DNA from: an uncultured Candidatus Saccharibacteria bacterium
GTDB lineage: Bacteria > Patescibacteriota > Minisyncoccia > Minisyncoccales > CAYTKG01
NCBI GenBank assembly: GCA_964615425.1
Contig: CAZTOB010000002.1
Span: 1-54,408, forward strand
DNA: 54,408 bases
Reading direction: 5' to 3'
Below, piece after piece: positions 52,036-54,408 of this stretch. Under the pieces are notes generated by a model. That model made no database searches. It was given only the letters and a program-made list of their open reading frames with translations, and was not told the DNA's origin. Position 1 is the first letter of the stretch, and every line of letters starts with the position of its first letter. The position numbers were made by a program, and so were the translations under genes.

Positions 52036-52887
52036 TTAATTTTTTAATCTTTTTTGTAAATTTTTTATCCTTCTCTCAGCTTCCTTAAGCTCTCTCTTAA
52101 GCTCCACCATCTTAAGCTCCCGGCCCACCACCAATCTTTGAAATCTTTCCAAATCCTTTATCTTTTTCCTAAGCTCCCGGGTCCTTTCCTTTATTAAGTC
52201 TTCTCTTTTTTCCGCCAACTCCCGCAGTTCCTGAGTGCGCGCCTTGACTCTTACTTCGAGAACTTTTTCCGCCTCCTTCGCTTTTTCCCTTTCTTCTTCC
52301 AACTGCCTTCTGCTTTCTTTAAACATCTCAGAAAAGGTGCCGGCTGAAGAAGAAACAAAGAAGAAGAAGACACCACTTATCAAAACCTGGGCTAAGGCCC
52401 GAGCAAAAGTAAAGGTGAAAATCTCCTGCTTGAAAACTTGTTGATGCGGCAAAAATCCAAAATACTCCAAAAAGATAAGTCCGGAATAAAGAAGAAGAGC
52501 GCAGGAAGGAACAAGAAAATTCTTTTTCTTAGGAAGAAGAAGCCCTCCTAAAACAATGGTGAAGGTATAAAACAAGGATCCGATCCAGACGGTAGCGCCC
52601 AGAAAATAAATAAAAAAGGTTTCAAACAGAAGGTCGGCTAGGTTGAAAAAGAAGTAAAGGTTGTAAAGACCATCTTTCGTTTGCGGTTTTTCAAGTATCT
52701 TTTGCCAAAAGAAGATATAGGTAAGCTCCCAAAAAAGAAGCCCTCCGATGACAAGATAGGGAACGGGCACGTTAAGAACAACCCTGAACAAAACCGCTAA
52801 AATACAAAAACTGGCCACCGACTGAGCGGATATGCGGACATCAACCCTGAACTTTCTTTTGGTCTCTTTAAACTCGACGCCGGGCAT
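52036..52887 (-). CDS. Membrane protein (about 6 TM) with cytoplasmic coiled-coil ending in the VGRELKMVELK motif
   Basis: 283 aa with a hydrophobic N-terminal region of about 180 aa, then EEEREKAKEAEKVLEVRVKARTQELRE...VVGRELKMVELKRELKE. Confidence 0.65.
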   Translation of the reverse strand: MPGVEFKETKRKFRVDVRISAQSVASFCILAVLFRVVLNVPVPYLVIGGLLFWELTYIFFWQKILEKPQTKDGLYNLYFFFNLADLLFETFFIYFLGATVWIGSLFYTFTIVLGGLLLPKKKNFLVPSCALLLYSGLIFLEYFGFLPHQQVFKQEIFTFTFARALAQVLISGVFFFFVSSSAGTFSEMFKESRRQLEEEREKAKEAEKVLEVRVKARTQELRELAEKREDLIKERTRELRKKIKDLERFQRLVVGRELKMVELKRELKEAERRIKNLQKRLKN

Positions 52888-52899
52888 AAGATTTTAATT

Positions 52900-53451
52900 T
52901 TAGACGTTAAAAAGTTCTCTTAAAGCGGTTTCCTCGGCTAAAATACCTACCAATTTAGCCAATCTTTCCGCTCTCTCTTTCATCTCCTCCTCCGTAACCG
53001 ACTCTATCTCATCCACCGCCGCTTTAACAAACTCATCTTTTTTGTCTATACCTAGCTCCTCAGCCAAATTCTTGTAATACTCTTTTAGATCCTCCTCGCT
53101 TTTGCCCCGTTCATATCTCCCGCCGCACCCGGTAATAGAACCCACTATCCTCCCTTCCACCTTAATCGGAACCCACAAAGAGGCAAATCCCGCATAGCAG
53201 TCCATAAAAATTGACTCTTCTTGACTTTCCACCAAGGAAAGAGCTGTTTTGTAAGCTTTCTGACATTCTTTTTTGCCTTCCTCGGTTTCCATAATCATCT
53301 TGCAGACCTTCTGCTGGCCGCTCATCTCGGTGATGAGGTTGCCTTCACTGTCCGTGGTTACGATTTGTCCGCCGACAGAATCAGCGAAGTTGTCTTGGAG
53401 TGTCTGAAGATTTTTAACAAACCACTCCGTTTCTTTTGAAATTTTGTTCAT
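52900..53451 (-). CDS. Stand-alone PocR sensory domain protein
   Basis: 183 aa. LQDNFADSVGGQIVTTDSEGNLIT...CKMI...G...C, then CYAGFASLWVPIKVEGRIVGSITGCG, matches the PocR domain pattern. Confidence 0.7.
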   Translation of the reverse strand: MNKISKETEWFVKNLQTLQDNFADSVGGQIVTTDSEGNLITEMSGQQKVCKMIMETEEGKKECQKAYKTALSLVESQEESIFMDCYAGFASLWVPIKVEGRIVGSITGCGGRYERGKSEEDLKEYYKNLAEELGIDKKDEFVKAAVDEIESVTEEEMKERAERLAKLVGILAEETALRELFNV

Positions 53452-53506
53452 ATTTTTGTTTTTAAACTTGTATCCCTTAAACCTTTTTTCATTTTAACAC
53501 AAAAAC

Positions 53507-54408
53507 TTATGAAAAAAGATTGTTTTGTTTCCTCCTGTTGCCCGGAAGACGAGGAATGAGAGAGTGAAACCCCCACCGGCGGAAAAGATCTTCAATTTTG
53601 TCTTTTTCATGATTTTGAAAAGAACACTCGTCAAGTTTAAAATCCAAAGGAACGTCTTTTCTTGCCGTAGCCAGCTCTTTGGAGAAATAAGCTTCATCTT
53701 TTTTTTCCTTTAAAAGCTTTTTTACTCTTTTTCTTCTCGAGTAACCTTTTAAAAACTCCTGGGGAGCGTTTTCCAACGCCTCGTAAACAGCATCAAGATC
53801 TCCGTATTTAAAAAGAAGCTTTGAAGCTGTAACGTCTCCCACGCCTTTAACTCCCGGAATGTTGTCCGAAGGATCACCCTTAAGCCCCCGGTAGTCGTCC
53901 AAAAGCTCGGGGCTGAATCCGTATCTTTTCCTAACCGCTTCCTCGCTATAAAGAACGGTGTCTTTCATGCCCCTTTTCAACCCGTAAACCTTCACGTTTT
54001 CATCAACCAGCTGTAGGGTGTCCAGATCTCCGCTTACTATGACAACTTCCGTCTTTTCCCCTGCCACCTTTTCTGCCACCGTTGCTATAATATCATCCGC
54101 TTCAAACCCGGGCTTTTCTAAAACAGGGATCTCCATCGCTTCCAGAGCTTTTTTAATCAAAGGTATCTGATCGGCCAGCTCATCAGGAGTTTTGGGCCTT
54201 TGGGCTTTGTAATCCTTGAATTTTTTATGGCGGAAGGTCGGCTCCGGCCGGTCAAAGGCCGCGCAGACGTAATCCGGCTCTATTTCTTTAACCGCCTTTA
54301 AAAAAACCAAAAAGAACCCGTAAACCGCGTTTACAAGTTTTCCTTCCGGAGTTTTAAGATCCGGAAGAGCGTGATATCCCCGATGGACCAGGGCATTGCC
54401 GTCTATTA
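53507..54408 (-). CDS. Stand-alone 5'-3' exonuclease / flap endonuclease (Pol I N-terminal domain homologue), 5' end outside window
   Basis: The frame stays open beyond the track ORF to the window edge (..IDGNALVHRGYHALPDLKTPEGKLVNAVYGFFLVFLKAV..). Motifs FDRPEPTFRHK, EADDIIAT, SGDLDTLQLV and GVKGVGDVTASKLL are present. The protein stops at about 300 aa with no polymerase domain. Confidence 0.85.
   Translation of the reverse strand, partial: IDGNALVHRGYHALPDLKTPEGKLVNAVYGFFLVFLKAVKEIEPDYVCAAFDRPEPTFRHKKFKDYKAQRPKTPDELADQIPLIKKALEAMEIPVLEKPGFEADDIIATVAEKVAGEKTEVVIVSGDLDTLQLVDENVKVYGLKRGMKDTVLYSEEAVRKRYGFSPELLDDYRGLKGDPSDNIPGVKGVGDVTASKLLFKYGDLDAVYEALENAPQEFLKGYSRRKRVKKLLKEKKDEAYFSKELATARKDVPLDFKLDECSFQNHEKDKIEDLFRRWGFHSLIPRLPGNRRKQNNLFS

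Noticed and set aside
50382-52129. The 18-nt identical DNA string ttaagctcccggcccacc at 50382-50399 and 52112-52129 looked like a possible dispersed repeat or mobile-element end.
   Set aside because: Both copies are in-frame codons for the same peptide motif (VGRELK) in two paralogous coiled-coil tails, so the repeat is explained by protein-level conservation.
1-54408. I considered alternative genetic codes (UGA or UAG recoding, as in some CPR lineages), CRISPR arrays, transposases/integrases, prophage genes and defence systems.
   Set aside because: All conserved genes read through to normal lengths with TAA, TAG and TGA all used as stops. There are no repeat-spacer arrays. No ORF resembles a recombinase, a restriction/modification enzyme, an Abi protein, a toxin-antitoxin pair or a phage structural protein.

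Overview
This is a gene-dense 54.4-kb window with about 62 protein genes, 2 tRNAs, 2 well-supported candidate small RNAs and 1 weak one. Most genes are on the minus strand, many with 1-8 nt overlaps (ATGA, TAATG, TTGA), and the standard genetic code fits. The content is mainly housekeeping:
- Cell division: ftsA-ftsZ.
- Nucleotide metabolism: nrdD-nrdG.
- Translation and tRNA charging: hisS, leuS, metG, pth, rpsU, rpsT.
- DNA metabolism: topA, ruvA, mutM, holA and a standalone 5'-3' exonuclease.
- Amino-sugar genes: glmS, a glmU-like gene and a GlcNAc-kinase-like gene.
- Other: iorAB, comEC, pilin-like proteins and two glycosidases.

My inference is a reduced-genome bacterium of Patescibacteria/CPR (Parcubacteria-like) type. 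The grounds are the lysine-rich small proteins, ComEC plus pilins, archaeal/eukaryote-type tRNA enzymes and the lack of biosynthetic operons. I found no CRISPR array, transposase, integrase, prophage, toxin-antitoxin or recognisable defence genes.

The most noteworthy observations are:
1. A tightly packed 12-gene minus-strand signalling operon at 45591-53451. It encodes free-standing PocR, PAS and two V4R/H-NOX-like sensor proteins, an FAD oxidoreductase, four membrane proteins, a soluble PAS-PAS histidine kinase and two receiver-only regulators. It has no output domain.
2. A tRNA-centred island at 37378-42871. It holds a structured RNA, tRNA-Arg(CCG), a divergent Trm9-like methyltransferase/Elp3 pair, NIF3 and RtcB plus archease. 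This suggests a eukaryote/archaea-style (m)cm5U34 pathway.
3. Near-consensus TTGACA-N16/17-TAnAAT/TATATT promoters in the three largest intergenic gaps, each driving a non-coding minus-strand transcript. Two of these end in clean intrinsic terminators, and one has riboswitch-like antiterminator/terminator logic.
4. An FtsZ that ends at the globular core, with no linker or FtsA-binding tail.
5. A polytopic membrane protein fused to an unprocessed pilin-like domain next to comEC.

All functional calls come from motif recognition by eye; no searches were run.
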